Origin: Acidimicrobiales bacterium
GTDB lineage: Bacteria; Actinomycetota; Acidimicrobiia; Acidimicrobiales; JAHEJN01
DNA: 64,000 nucleotides
Assembly: GCA_024638845.1 (NCBI GenBank)
Contig: JAHEJN010000004.1
Span: 13,748 to 77,747, forward strand
Reading direction: 5' to 3'
Shown: positions 37,556-46,248 of the stretch, piece after piece
Layout: every line of letters starts with the position of its first letter
How positions within the stretch are numbered: the first letter of the stretch is position 1
Position numbers and translations under genes: made by a program
The notes under the pieces: generated by a model
What the model was told of the DNA's origin: nothing
The model's database searches: none
The model's input: the letters and a program-made list of their open reading frames with translations, nothing else

Positions 37556-38180
37556 GCTGTCGCCCGACCGACGGGCCGCAGCCGAGGCGGCGCGTGGGTT
37601 CATGCCCACCGGCGAGGGGTTGGCGTTGTACGCCGCCGCAGCCGCAGTGGCAATCTCCGGGCCGTTCCTCGAAGTCGGAAGCTACTGCGGAAAATCGGCC
37701 GTGTATCTCGGATCGGCCGCCGAGCAGCGAGGAGCGCTTCTGTACGCGCTCGATCATCATCGAGGCAGCGAGGAGAACCAACCCGGCTGGGAATGGCACG
37801 AGCCCGATCTCGTCGATCCGCGAGTCGGCCGCATCGACACGCTCCCGCACTTCCGAGCGACCGTTCACGATGCGGGTCTCGAGTCGGTGGTGGTCGCGCT
37901 GGTCGGGGAATCGCAGCGAATTGCGGTGAACTGGACGACCGACCTCGCCTTGTTGTTCATCGACGGCGGGCACGGGCACGAGATCGCCCACGCAGACTAC
38001 GACGGTTGGGTGCCCAAGCTCGCCGTGGGCGGCACCCTCGCGATCCACGACGTGTTCCCCGATCCCGCCGACGGAGGCCGCCCTCCCTTCGAGCTGTTCC
38101 TGCGAGCGGTCGATTCCGGCGACTTCGTCGAGACCGGAGCGGTTGGCTCGCTGCGCGTACTCACGCGCACCGGACGCTAG
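37521..38180 (+). CDS. Class I SAM-dependent (cation-dependent O-methyltransferase-like) methyltransferase
   Basis: LEVGSYCGKSAVYLGSAA...LLFIDGGHGHE...LAIHDVF. Start uncertain (37521, overlapping gtrA, or Met at 37602). Confidence 0.65.
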   Translation: MSTRRHQPLKPELSPDRRAAAEAARGFMPTGEGLALYAAAAAVAISGPFLEVGSYCGKSAVYLGSAAEQRGALLYALDHHRGSEENQPGWEWHEPDLVDPRVGRIDTLPHFRATVHDAGLESVVVALVGESQRIAVNWTTDLALLFIDGGHGHEIAHADYDGWVPKLAVGGTLAIHDVFPDPADGGRPPFELFLRAVDSGDFVETGAVGSLRVLTRTGR

Positions 38181-38196
38181 AGCCCTGGTCCGACGA

Positions 38197-39270
38197 TCAG
38201 TGGGTCGGTTCGCCGGCGCGTGCGTCGCTACCTGGCAGATCGATGAGCACGGGGAGAGCCCGTTCGTCCCACAACAGGCCGCTGGCCGGAGTGGTACCGC
38301 TCAGGGCATCGGCCGTGAGGACGATCGCAGCCGCGGTGTACGACGAGCGTTCGTCGGCCGGAAACGTCACTCGCTGCGGATGCACCATTCCGGTGAAGTA
38401 ATCGTGCGACTCGGTACGCATCTTGTGTGACCACGCGAAGAGCGCCAGCGCGATGTCGATCTCGCCCACTGCCAGGTGGGCCATGGCACACTCGCAGGTC
38501 TCGGCGGCGGTGACCCACGGCTTGTCGCTCACGCAACGTACGCCCTCGCCGTCGATGACGAACTCGTCGAATCGAGCTGCGAGGCGCGACCGGCTGGCCG
38601 GAGCGGACAGCGCCCCCGACAGGACCGGGTAGTACCAGTCCATCGCCCAGCGATCCTTGGGAGCGAACGCCTTGGGGACCTCGCGAATGACTCGACCCAA
38701 GAGGGCTGCGCTGAGCTCCCAGTCGGGTCGGCTCTCGCCGATCTGTCCGGCCACGGCAATGGCCGACCGCAGACTGTGGCACATGCTCGACGAACCGGTG
38801 AGCAGGGCGAAGGACCAGGGAGTGCCGTCGGCGTGGCGGGCCCACCGGATCTCGCCCCGCGGAGTCTGGAGGTCGAGCACCCAGTCGATGGCTCGCTCGA
38901 CGACAGGCCACATCCGTTCGAGGAAACCATCGTCGCGGGTGATGGTGTGGTGGTGGAGGACTCCGGTGGCGATGTAGGCGACGCAGTTGGCATCGAGCTT
39001 GTCTTGCTCGATCGAATCGGCGAGGTAGTACTGATGCCACGCTCCGTCGGGCCGTTGCTGATCGTGGAGCCATTGGTAGGCCGCCTCGGCCTCGGCGAGT
39101 AGTCCGACGGTGGTGAGCGCCATGGCCGCCTCGACGTGGTTCCAAGGGTCGGCGTGACCGCCGGGGAACCACGGGATCATGCCGGAGGGCAACTGGAGGT
39201 CGACGATGGTGTCGGCGGTTGCTCGGATCTGCGCTGCGGTGATGACACCGCTGACCTCAGGCAGCAACAT
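38197..39270 (-). CDS. (alpha/alpha)6-barrel protein (prenyltransferase/squalene-oxidase-repeat-like); possible polysaccharide hydrolase
   Basis: 357 aa with recurring helix-pair repeats rich in W/D (PWNHVEAAMAL, DGAWHQYY, RGEIRWARHADGTPW, DRWAMDWYYPV). Overlaps the upstream methyltransferase gene by 14 nt. Confidence 0.5.
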   Translation of the reverse strand: MLLPEVSGVITAAQIRATADTIVDLQLPSGMIPWFPGGHADPWNHVEAAMALTTVGLLAEAEAAYQWLHDQQRPDGAWHQYYLADSIEQDKLDANCVAYIATGVLHHHTITRDDGFLERMWPVVERAIDWVLDLQTPRGEIRWARHADGTPWSFALLTGSSSMCHSLRSAIAVAGQIGESRPDWELSAALLGRVIREVPKAFAPKDRWAMDWYYPVLSGALSAPASRSRLAARFDEFVIDGEGVRCVSDKPWVTAAETCECAMAHLAVGEIDIALALFAWSHKMRTESHDYFTGMVHPQRVTFPADERSSYTAAAIVLTADALSGTTPASGLLWDERALPVLIDLPGSDARAGEPTH

Positions 39271-40009
39271 CGGCCGCTCCGGTCGAGACGGGTTCGGGCT
39301 TGCGGGCGTACTGCACCAGGCTCTTTCCCAGCACCGGATCGAGGAGGCGCTCGGCGGTCCGGGTCAGTCGGGGCTGCTTCATGATGTCCCATTCGAGCAA
39401 CCTCGTGTAGGGCCGCACGAGGAGATGACGGTCGTTCTGGGGGCCGACGGTGCAGCGCAACCACCAGTACGCCGAGTGCAGGGCATGGGCTCGGTGGGAG
39501 GTGAACGGGGTGAGACCGGTGTGGGTCATGAGCTCCTGGAGGTCGTCGTGGGCGTAGATGCGGACATGGCCGCCGTCGACAGCCGGTGCGTGGTACTCGT
39601 TGCTCAACCTCCAGCAGATCTTCTCCGGCAGTTCGGCCGGCACGGTCACGGCGACGATTCCTCCCGGTGCCAGCACGCGCGTGAGCTCGGCCATCGCGGC
39701 GTGGTCGTCGCCGACGTGCTCCATCACCTCGCTGGCGATGATCCGATCGAAGCTCGCATCACGGAAGGGCAGTCGCGTTGCGTCACCGGCGACCGCCGAA
39801 GAGAGCCGGTGGTGCGAAAGCTCACCCGCGTCGATCATGGCGGCGGCGGTGTCGATGACCGTTCCGAGCTCGGGCAAGGCCATGTCACAGGCGACAACGT
39901 CGGCCCCGCGCCTCAGCGCCTCGAAGGCGTGCCGGCCGAAACCGCAGCCCAGGTCGAGGACCCGCATTCCCGGACGCAGGTCGAGACGGTCGTAGTCGAC
40001 GGTGAGCAC
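39257..40009 (-). CDS. Class I SAM-dependent methyltransferase (Methyltransf_11-like)
   Basis: MRVLDLGCGFGRHAFEALRRGADVVACD...FDRIIASEVMEHV...LAPGGIVAVTVP. Confidence 0.8.
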   Translation of the reverse strand: MLTVDYDRLDLRPGMRVLDLGCGFGRHAFEALRRGADVVACDMALPELGTVIDTAAAMIDAGELSHHRLSSAVAGDATRLPFRDASFDRIIASEVMEHVGDDHAAMAELTRVLAPGGIVAVTVPAELPEKICWRLSNEYHAPAVDGGHVRIYAHDDLQELMTHTGLTPFTSHRAHALHSAYWWLRCTVGPQNDRHLLVRPYTRLLEWDIMKQPRLTRTAERLLDPVLGKSLVQYARKPEPVSTGAADVAA

Positions 40010-40012
40010 GAT

Positions 40013-41302
40013 TCAGGCCGGGGTGGGTGCCGACGTCCCAGCCTGCAGATCGAGGAGAATGCGGTACTGCTCGACAGTGCGCTCGGCCGTGTGTCGCCAG
40101 CTCCATTGATCGATCACCCGCTGACGGCCAGCAGCCCCGATGCGCGCCCGCATGGCCGGGTCATCGAGCGCCGTACCGATCATGGTGGCCAATGCCTCGC
40201 TGTCTCCTGGCTCGACGAGCAGCGCCGTTTCGTCGTGGTGACCGACCACCTCGGGTAGCGCACCACCGGTCGTGGCTACGAGCGGAATGCCCGTCGCCAT
40301 GGCCTCGATGGCCGGCAGCGAGAAACCCTCGTAGAGCGAGGGGACCACCGCCAGCTCGGACTCGTTGTACAGCTCGACGATCCGCTCGTCGGTCACCCCG
40401 CTCACCCAACTGACGGCATCGGTGAGGCCCAGGCGATCGATGGTGGCCTCGGCTGTGCCACCTTCCTTCACCCTGCCGATCACCACGAGGTTCACGTCGC
40501 GCTCGGTCCGCAGCTTGGCCACGGCCTCGAGCAGGTAGCGCAGGCCCTTGAGAGCCACGTCGGCCGATGCCGTCGTGAGGATCTGACCGGGCGTGCGAGT
40601 GACGGCCGGGTCGGGTCCGAACAGATCGGGATCGACGCCGACGGGCACGACCGCCATCCGCTCGAACGGCACCCGATGGTCGTTGTGGATGTCGGAGAGG
40701 GAGTTCTCGCTCACCGTGATCACGCGCTGCAGGCGCGTGGCGACTCGTGTCTGCATCTTCGTGAAGGCGTACCACCGACGCTTGCCCCACCGTTCCATTC
40801 GGGTGCGGGCATGTTCGATCTCGAGGCGGCGGTCGACGGTGATGGGGTGGTGAATGGTGCCGATCACGGGCAGACCGAGTCTCTGGATGGCGAGGATGCC
40901 GTATCCGAGGGTCTGGTTGTCCTGCACGAGGTCGAAGTCGGCGACACGAGGCTTGAGAGCCTGGTAGGCGCGGAGGCTGAAGGCGAGGGGCTCGGAGAAG
41001 GTGCCGAGCGTGAACTGCGACGTCTCGACGAAGTCGGCGAAGCTCTTGATCTCCCAGAACGCCGGCGTCCGCCCCGGGAAGTGGTCGTTGAAGATGTCGA
41101 GGCTCTCGAGACGGTGCAGAGGCACGGCGTCGTCGACCCTGGGGTAGGGCTGACCGCTGAACACCTCGACGTGGTGCCCCAGGTCGACGAGCGCCTTCGA
41201 CAGGTGGCGGACGTACACGCCCTGGCCGCCACAGTGCGGCTTGCCCCGATACGACAACAGCGCGATGCGCAGTGATTCGGGGGAGTGGGGGGAAATCACC
41301 AC
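40013..41302 (-). CDS. GT4-family glycosyltransferase
   Basis: RIALLSYRGKPHCGGQGVYVRHLSKALVDLGHHVEVF...PSLYEGFSLPAIEAMATGIPLVATTGGALPEVV. Confidence 0.85.
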   Translation of the reverse strand: MVISPHSPESLRIALLSYRGKPHCGGQGVYVRHLSKALVDLGHHVEVFSGQPYPRVDDAVPLHRLESLDIFNDHFPGRTPAFWEIKSFADFVETSQFTLGTFSEPLAFSLRAYQALKPRVADFDLVQDNQTLGYGILAIQRLGLPVIGTIHHPITVDRRLEIEHARTRMERWGKRRWYAFTKMQTRVATRLQRVITVSENSLSDIHNDHRVPFERMAVVPVGVDPDLFGPDPAVTRTPGQILTTASADVALKGLRYLLEAVAKLRTERDVNLVVIGRVKEGGTAEATIDRLGLTDAVSWVSGVTDERIVELYNESELAVVPSLYEGFSLPAIEAMATGIPLVATTGGALPEVVGHHDETALLVEPGDSEALATMIGTALDDPAMRARIGAAGRQRVIDQWSWRHTAERTVEQYRILLDLQAGTSAPTPA

Positions 41303-41419
41303 AACAGGCTCCAGTAATTCTCGTTATCCGTCAACCGGATCACTTGACGGTAGGACAGTACGGCGTCAATCCCTCGCGAGCAGGGCGAGGGCGGCACCCC
41401 CAGAGCTACCGTTGCCCCG

Positions 41420-41857
41420 GTGCGTGCCCTGTTGCAGCGAGTGTCCGAGGCGTCGGTGAGCGTCGACGGAGAGACCGTGGGGGCCATCGGCGCCGGGTTG
41501 TGTGCCTTCGTCGGGGTCAGCCACGACGACGACATCGCCGCGGCGGAGAGACTGGCCGGCAAGATCTGGAACCTGCGGGTGTTCGACGACGCCGACGGCG
41601 TGATGAACCTGCCGGTCGGTGAGGCCGGCGGCGCCGTGCTGGTGATCAGCCAGTTCACGCTCTACGGCGACACCCGCAAGGGACGGCGGCCGTCGTACGT
41701 CTCCGCCGCGCGCCCCGAGCAGGCCGAACCTCTCGTCACGGCCGTCGTCGAGCGGCTGCGGGCCCTCGGAGCCACGGTGGCAACCGGTCGATTCCGGGCC
41801 GAGATGGCGGTGGCGTTGGTGAACGACGGTCCGGTGACCCTCAGCCTCGAGGTCTAG
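41420..41857 (+). CDS. dtd: D-aminoacyl-tRNA deacylase
   Basis: VRALLQRVSEASVSVDGETVGAIGAGLCAFVGV...VISQFTLYGDTRKGRRPSY. TACCGT hexamer lies 7 nt before the GTG. Confidence 0.9.
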   Translation: MRALLQRVSEASVSVDGETVGAIGAGLCAFVGVSHDDDIAAAERLAGKIWNLRVFDDADGVMNLPVGEAGGAVLVISQFTLYGDTRKGRRPSYVSAARPEQAEPLVTAVVERLRALGATVATGRFRAEMAVALVNDGPVTLSLEV

Positions 41858-43295
41858 GTCGTCGGTCGCGGCGGCGGAGGCCCTCGCCGATCGCAACCAG
41901 GACCACGGCGATACCGAGCATCGGCCATGGTCCGAAGGCGACCGCCCACGTCTTGCCCTCGCGGAGCTCGACGGTTCCCTGGACCACTGCTCGTTCCGAC
42001 ACCGCCGTGCGATCGAGCACGTCGCCATCGGGGGTGATGATGGCGGTGAAACCCGTCGGGGACGCCTGGAGCACGTAGCGATCGGTCTCGAGGGCCCGCA
42101 ACTGCGACGAGGCCACCTGCTGGGTCTGCACGATGGTGAGCCAGTACGACGAGCCGTTGGTGGGGTTTGCCAGTATCTGGGCGCCGTCATCTACGGCTGC
42201 GACCGCCCGGCGAGCGAAGAAGATCTCCCATGACACGGCGACGCCGAGGTCGCCCACGGGCGTCGTGAGCACGGCGTCGGTTCGCCCTTCGGCTGCGTCG
42301 CGGCGCGGGAGGTAGTCGGGGGCCAAGGGTTCGATGAACGAACGAAAGGGCACGAACTCGCCGAAGGGCACCCGAATCCGCTTCTCGTACCGATCGAGCG
42401 AGTCGCCCTCGGGCGAGATGGCGACCTGCGAGTTGACGAAGGCCGTGTCGGAGATGTCCTCGGTGACCCCGACGACCAGGACGGCGTCGAGTCGTCGCGC
42501 CAGGTCGGTGAGCACCGGCCACTTGGCGGTGTTCTCGAGCAGATCCGGCGTGTCGATGGCATTCTCGGGCCAGATCACCACATCGACGGGGAGCTCGACG
42601 AGCTCCGACGCCTCGAGATGGCGGTCGAAGACGTCCTCGGGATCGGTGTCGATGGCCCGGGTGCCCTGCTCGCCGCCTCCTTGCACCAGGGCAACATCGA
42701 GGGTGCCGACGACCTCGGCCCGCGGCGCCACGGCGGCCAGGGCGACGGCGAGAATGACCACGCCTGCGGCCAGGCCGGCCACCGCCGGCTGCCGTTGGGC
42801 CAGCCCGGAGAGACCCATGGCGACGGTCACGGTGAGGGCCACGAGCAGAAGTGGGCCGAAGACGCGCACGGTCGGAAGGAGTGGTCCGCCGACCTGGCTC
42901 ATCGCGAGCGTGGCGAGCGGCACGCCCCCGAAGGGCACCGACCATCGCACGAGCTCCCATACGACGACGACGGCAACGAGGGAGGGTCGCCGCCCGGGAC
43001 CGTGAGGAACCAGTGCGACGAGCCCGCCGAGCGTGGCCGCGATCAAGGGTCCGACCACCAGGTAGCCCGGAGGGGTGAGGGCCCACATCCAGAGAGTCGC
43101 CGGCATCAGCCACGCCAGGGCGAAGAGCGACGCTCGGCGGAAACGATGCCAACGGCTCGGCACGGCGATGAGGTGATCGAGGATGGCCAGCCCGACGAAG
43201 GCGCACGGCCACCATCCCCACGGCGGCATCGAGAACGCGACCAGCCCCCCGCCGGCCACGCACCGAGCAGCGACGGCGAGCCGTCGAGAGGTCAT
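41841..43295 (-). CDS. lnt: Apolipoprotein N-acyltransferase
   Basis: 484 aa: multi-TM N-terminal half plus a CN-hydrolase domain (VVIWPENAI...VGVTE...VSWEIFF). 17-bp convergent overlap with dtd. Confidence 0.8.
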   Translation of the reverse strand: MTSRRLAVAARCVAGGGLVAFSMPPWGWWPCAFVGLAILDHLIAVPSRWHRFRRASLFALAWLMPATLWMWALTPPGYLVVGPLIAATLGGLVALVPHGPGRRPSLVAVVVVWELVRWSVPFGGVPLATLAMSQVGGPLLPTVRVFGPLLLVALTVTVAMGLSGLAQRQPAVAGLAAGVVILAVALAAVAPRAEVVGTLDVALVQGGGEQGTRAIDTDPEDVFDRHLEASELVELPVDVVIWPENAIDTPDLLENTAKWPVLTDLARRLDAVLVVGVTEDISDTAFVNSQVAISPEGDSLDRYEKRIRVPFGEFVPFRSFIEPLAPDYLPRRDAAEGRTDAVLTTPVGDLGVAVSWEIFFARRAVAAVDDGAQILANPTNGSSYWLTIVQTQQVASSQLRALETDRYVLQASPTGFTAIITPDGDVLDRTAVSERAVVQGTVELREGKTWAVAFGPWPMLGIAVVLVAIGEGLRRRDRRPRPRG

Positions 43296-43325
43296 CGACT
43301 GCGCCTGGCCGGGGCGCGGTGGTCG

Positions 43326-43601
43326 TTACTCGGAGAGCTCGATCGTGAGCTTGCGGCCCAACAGACCGCCGGTGTCGACCGTGATGGCCGACGCCATGCC
43401 GGGAAGCTCCTTGGCCACGAGAATCCGCAGGTCATCGATGCGAACTCGCCGGTAGGGGGCCAGGTTCTTGTGCTTGACGTTGGTGTCGACCGACACCTCG
43501 GCGACCTTGCCTCAACCGGTGGGGCGAATGAAGTCGATGGCCATGGTGCCACCCCGGCTTCGCAGCACCTGGGCGGCTCTAGGGGTGATGTCGACGTCCA
43601 T
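43326..43601 (-). CDS. HesB/IscA-like small protein with an in-frame TGA (candidate selenocysteine) at codon 30
   Basis: Own translation: MDVDITPRAAQVLRSRGGTMAIDFIRPTG-[TGA]-GKVAEVSVDTNVKHKNLAPYRRVRIDDLRILVAKELPGMASAITVDTGGLLGRKLTIELSE. GGAG lies 8 nt before the ATG. Both halves are GC3-rich. RPTG(U)GK aligns with the IscA RTSGCSG Cys motif. Confidence 0.45.
43482..43497 (-). promoter_or_regulatory. SECIS-like hairpin 14 nt downstream of the in-frame UGA
   Basis: The mRNA reads UGA-N14-GGUGUC-GGUC-GACACC: a 6-bp stem with apical loop GGUC, which from memory is the same loop as the E. coli fdhF SECIS. Confidence 0.4.
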
Positions 43602-43679
43602 GGGGAGCACTCCGATTCGTGGCAGACGCAGTGAGAACCCGAGCGGTTCCATATGGATTCCACCACAGCGACCAGCATC

Positions 43680-45029
43680 TCAGACCATCGCGGCGATGCG
43701 ACGAGCGGCGATGTCCGCGCCGTGGATACAGGTGGGGATGCCGATGCCCGCTGTCGCGGCGCCGGCAACGGCGATTCGGGTATCGGCCAGCTCGGCGGTG
43801 ACGGCGGCGAGCCGATCGAGATGGCCCGGGCGGTATCGGGGAAAGGACTTCGGCCAGCGGGAGATGCGGACCTCCTCCGGCGAGCCCGTGATGTGCATCA
43901 TCTCTCGGAGATCGTCGACGACCGTCGTCCGGATGGTCTGGTCATCGGCCGCCACGATCGCGTCGTCGTCGGCTCGGCCGACCGCAGCCCGCACCACGAC
44001 CGAGCCCTCGGCCAGATGCGGCCACTTGACCGAGGTCCACGAGCATGCAGTGACGGTGTGGCCGGCGGCTGCGGGCACGAGGAACCCCGATCGATCCAGT
44101 GGCACGCCGATCGTGTCTGGGTCGAAGGCCACGGTGACGAAGGCAACCGACACGGGATCGAGCGCGAAGGCCGACGCCGCAGGTGATGCACCGAGGAGGC
44201 CGCCGGTGACGTGCGTCGGAGTGGCGATGATCACCGCGTCGAAGACCGAGGTGTCGTCAGGGCCGACGACCTCGACCCCCGAGCTCGCCACGGTCAGTCG
44301 TTCCACCGGCGAAGCGAATCGGATCCGCGGACCGAGACGGTGAGCCAGCGCGTCGGTCAGCTCCTGCATGCCGCCGCGCGGCGCAGCGAAGATCGGCGTC
44401 GCTGTCTCATGCGACGCGGCCGCCGCATCGGCCAGGGCCCGTGTGAAGCTGGGTGCTCGTGCGGCGTCGGCGAACTGGGGGGTCACGGTGGCCAGACTCA
44501 GTTGGTCGACCGGAGCCGCGTAGACACCGTGCAACAGCGGTTCGACGATGCGCTCGGTGAGCTCGTCGCCCAGTCGCGCGCGAAGCAGTGCGCCGAGTGA
44601 GTCGGCGGGATCGACGACCGGCGAGCGTGCCTCGGCGTCGGCCATGAGGGCGGCGACGGCGTCGTCGCCGACGAGCGGTGATCTCGCGAGCGCCGCTGGG
44701 TCGACCGGAACGCCCATCACGTGCGGGGTGGGCAGGTCGTGGATGGCGCCCGACGCGTAGATACCGGCCGGGAGCCCCGACGGGTGGACGAGCTGATCGG
44801 CGAGGCCGAGCTCGGCGCACAACTCGAGCGCCCACGGGACCCGGGTCAAGAAGGCGTCGGCGGCCTCGTCGATCGGTCGCCCGGCAAAGGGCGACGTCTT
44901 GATGTTGCCTCCGACGCGACCGGACGCCTCGTGGACCTCCACGTCGACGCTGGGGTCGAGGGTCATCAGGCGATGAGCGGCGGTCAAGCCGGCGATGCCG
45001 CCTCCGATCACGGCAACGCGGCTCGTCAC
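43680..45029 (-). CDS. hemY: Protoporphyrinogen/coproporphyrinogen III oxidase (HemY/CgoX)
   Basis: VTSRVAVIGGGIAGLTAAHRL (FAD GxGxxG)...C-terminal GAATAGIGIPTCI. The GTG overlaps the hemE stop (GTGA). Confidence 0.8.
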   Translation of the reverse strand: MTSRVAVIGGGIAGLTAAHRLMTLDPSVDVEVHEASGRVGGNIKTSPFAGRPIDEAADAFLTRVPWALELCAELGLADQLVHPSGLPAGIYASGAIHDLPTPHVMGVPVDPAALARSPLVGDDAVAALMADAEARSPVVDPADSLGALLRARLGDELTERIVEPLLHGVYAAPVDQLSLATVTPQFADAARAPSFTRALADAAAASHETATPIFAAPRGGMQELTDALAHRLGPRIRFASPVERLTVASSGVEVVGPDDTSVFDAVIIATPTHVTGGLLGASPAASAFALDPVSVAFVTVAFDPDTIGVPLDRSGFLVPAAAGHTVTACSWTSVKWPHLAEGSVVVRAAVGRADDDAIVAADDQTIRTTVVDDLREMMHITGSPEEVRISRWPKSFPRYRPGHLDRLAAVTAELADTRIAVAGAATAGIGIPTCIHGADIAARRIAAMV

Positions 45030-46084
45030 GATGCGGTCGGGCCGGGAGGCCAGGCATGAACGAGCTCGACCAAACGCTCGAGCACCTCCGGGTCGGAATC
45101 GGGCAGAACGCCGTGACCAAGGTTGAAGATGTGGCCTGGTCGTCCTGCGTTGCGGGTGAGGATGTCGGCTGCCTCGCCCTCGACCGCCTCCCAACCGGCG
45201 AGAACGACGGCCGGGTCGAGGTTGCCCTGCACCGCATACGTCGGGCCGAGTCGATCGCGGGCGACGTCGAGGGGCACCCGCCAGTCGACGCCCATCACAT
45301 CGGCGCCGGCCGCACCCATGAGCGTGAGCAGCTCACCGGTGCCGACACCGAAGTGGATTCGGGGCACGTCCAGGGACGCGACCGCCTCGAGGACCTTGGT
45401 CGACGCCGGCAGGACGTGGCGCTCGTACATCGCCGGGGTGAGGCTGCCGGCCCAGCTGTCGAAGAGCTGGATGGCTCGGGCCCCGCTCTCCACCTGCGAG
45501 GTCAACGAGGTGATGGCGAGATCGGCGAGGCGGTCGCACAGATCGGCCCAGAGCGCGGGATCGCCCAGCATCAAGGACTTGGTGCGGCCATGGTTCTTCG
45601 ACGGACCACCCTCGATGAGATAGCTGGCGACGGTGAAGGGAGCACCCGCGAAGCCGATCAGCGGCACTTCGAGCTCGGCCGCCAGGTTGCGCACGGTTTC
45701 GAGCACGTAGGGCGTGTCGGCCTCGGGTTCGAGATCTCGGAGCCGCCCCAGATCGTCGCGGCTCCGAAACGGTGTGGCGACAACCGGACCGATGCCCGGC
45801 TCGACGGTGACGCCGAAGCCGATGGCGTGCACGGGCGTGACGATGTCGGAGTAGAGAATGGCGGCGTCGACTCCGTAGCGACGGACCGGCTGGAGAGTGA
45901 TCTCCGTGGCCCGATCGGGGTCGGCGATGGCGTCGACGATCGATCCCTCGCCCCGGACCGCCTTGTACTCGGGTAGCGAGCGTCCGGCCTGACGCATGAA
46001 CCACACGGGAGTGGCGTCGGTGGGCTCCTGCCGACACGCCCGCAGGAAACGGCTGTCGTCGTGGGAGGGCCCAGGGGTGGTCAC
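45026..46084 (-). CDS. hemE: Uroporphyrinogen decarboxylase
   Basis: ...FLRACRQEPTDATPVWFMRQAGRSLPEY...ILYSDI...FNLGHGV. TACCGT hexamer lies 8 nt before the GTG. Confidence 0.9.
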   Translation of the reverse strand: MTTPGPSHDDSRFLRACRQEPTDATPVWFMRQAGRSLPEYKAVRGEGSIVDAIADPDRATEITLQPVRRYGVDAAILYSDIVTPVHAIGFGVTVEPGIGPVVATPFRSRDDLGRLRDLEPEADTPYVLETVRNLAAELEVPLIGFAGAPFTVASYLIEGGPSKNHGRTKSLMLGDPALWADLCDRLADLAITSLTSQVESGARAIQLFDSWAGSLTPAMYERHVLPASTKVLEAVASLDVPRIHFGVGTGELLTLMGAAGADVMGVDWRVPLDVARDRLGPTYAVQGNLDPAVVLAGWEAVEGEAADILTRNAGRPGHIFNLGHGVLPDSDPEVLERLVELVHAWPPGPTAS

Positions 46085-46248
46085 GAGCGAAAACGGTACC
46101 GGTGTGGCCTCGGCGAACGGAGCCGATAGCGTGAACGGCTACCAAAAAGCCGCCGTCAACTCCCCCCGAGCGAGTCGCCATCCACTCCGATTTCGACACC
46201 GAACAGGCGTACATCCACCATGCACACGAGTGCCTCGAGGAGGCCCGT

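Noticed and set aside
43292-43768. Track ORF of 158 aa on the minus strand between lnt and hemY.
   Set aside because: The translation is not protein-like (Pro/Ser/Arg-rich) and it overlaps the hemY 3' end. A different frame in the same region gives an SD-preceded, HesB-like product (reported as the Sec candidate).
46135-46248. Possible N-terminal extension of HelD. The in-frame upstream sequence (IHSDFDTEQAYIHHAHECLEEAR) looks coding-like and helix-like.
   Set aside because: There is no ATG/GTG/TTG in that frame between the stop at 46132 and 46249. GTG 46249 has a strong GAGGAGG 5 nt upstream. A rare ATC start at 46180 cannot be excluded but is not supported.
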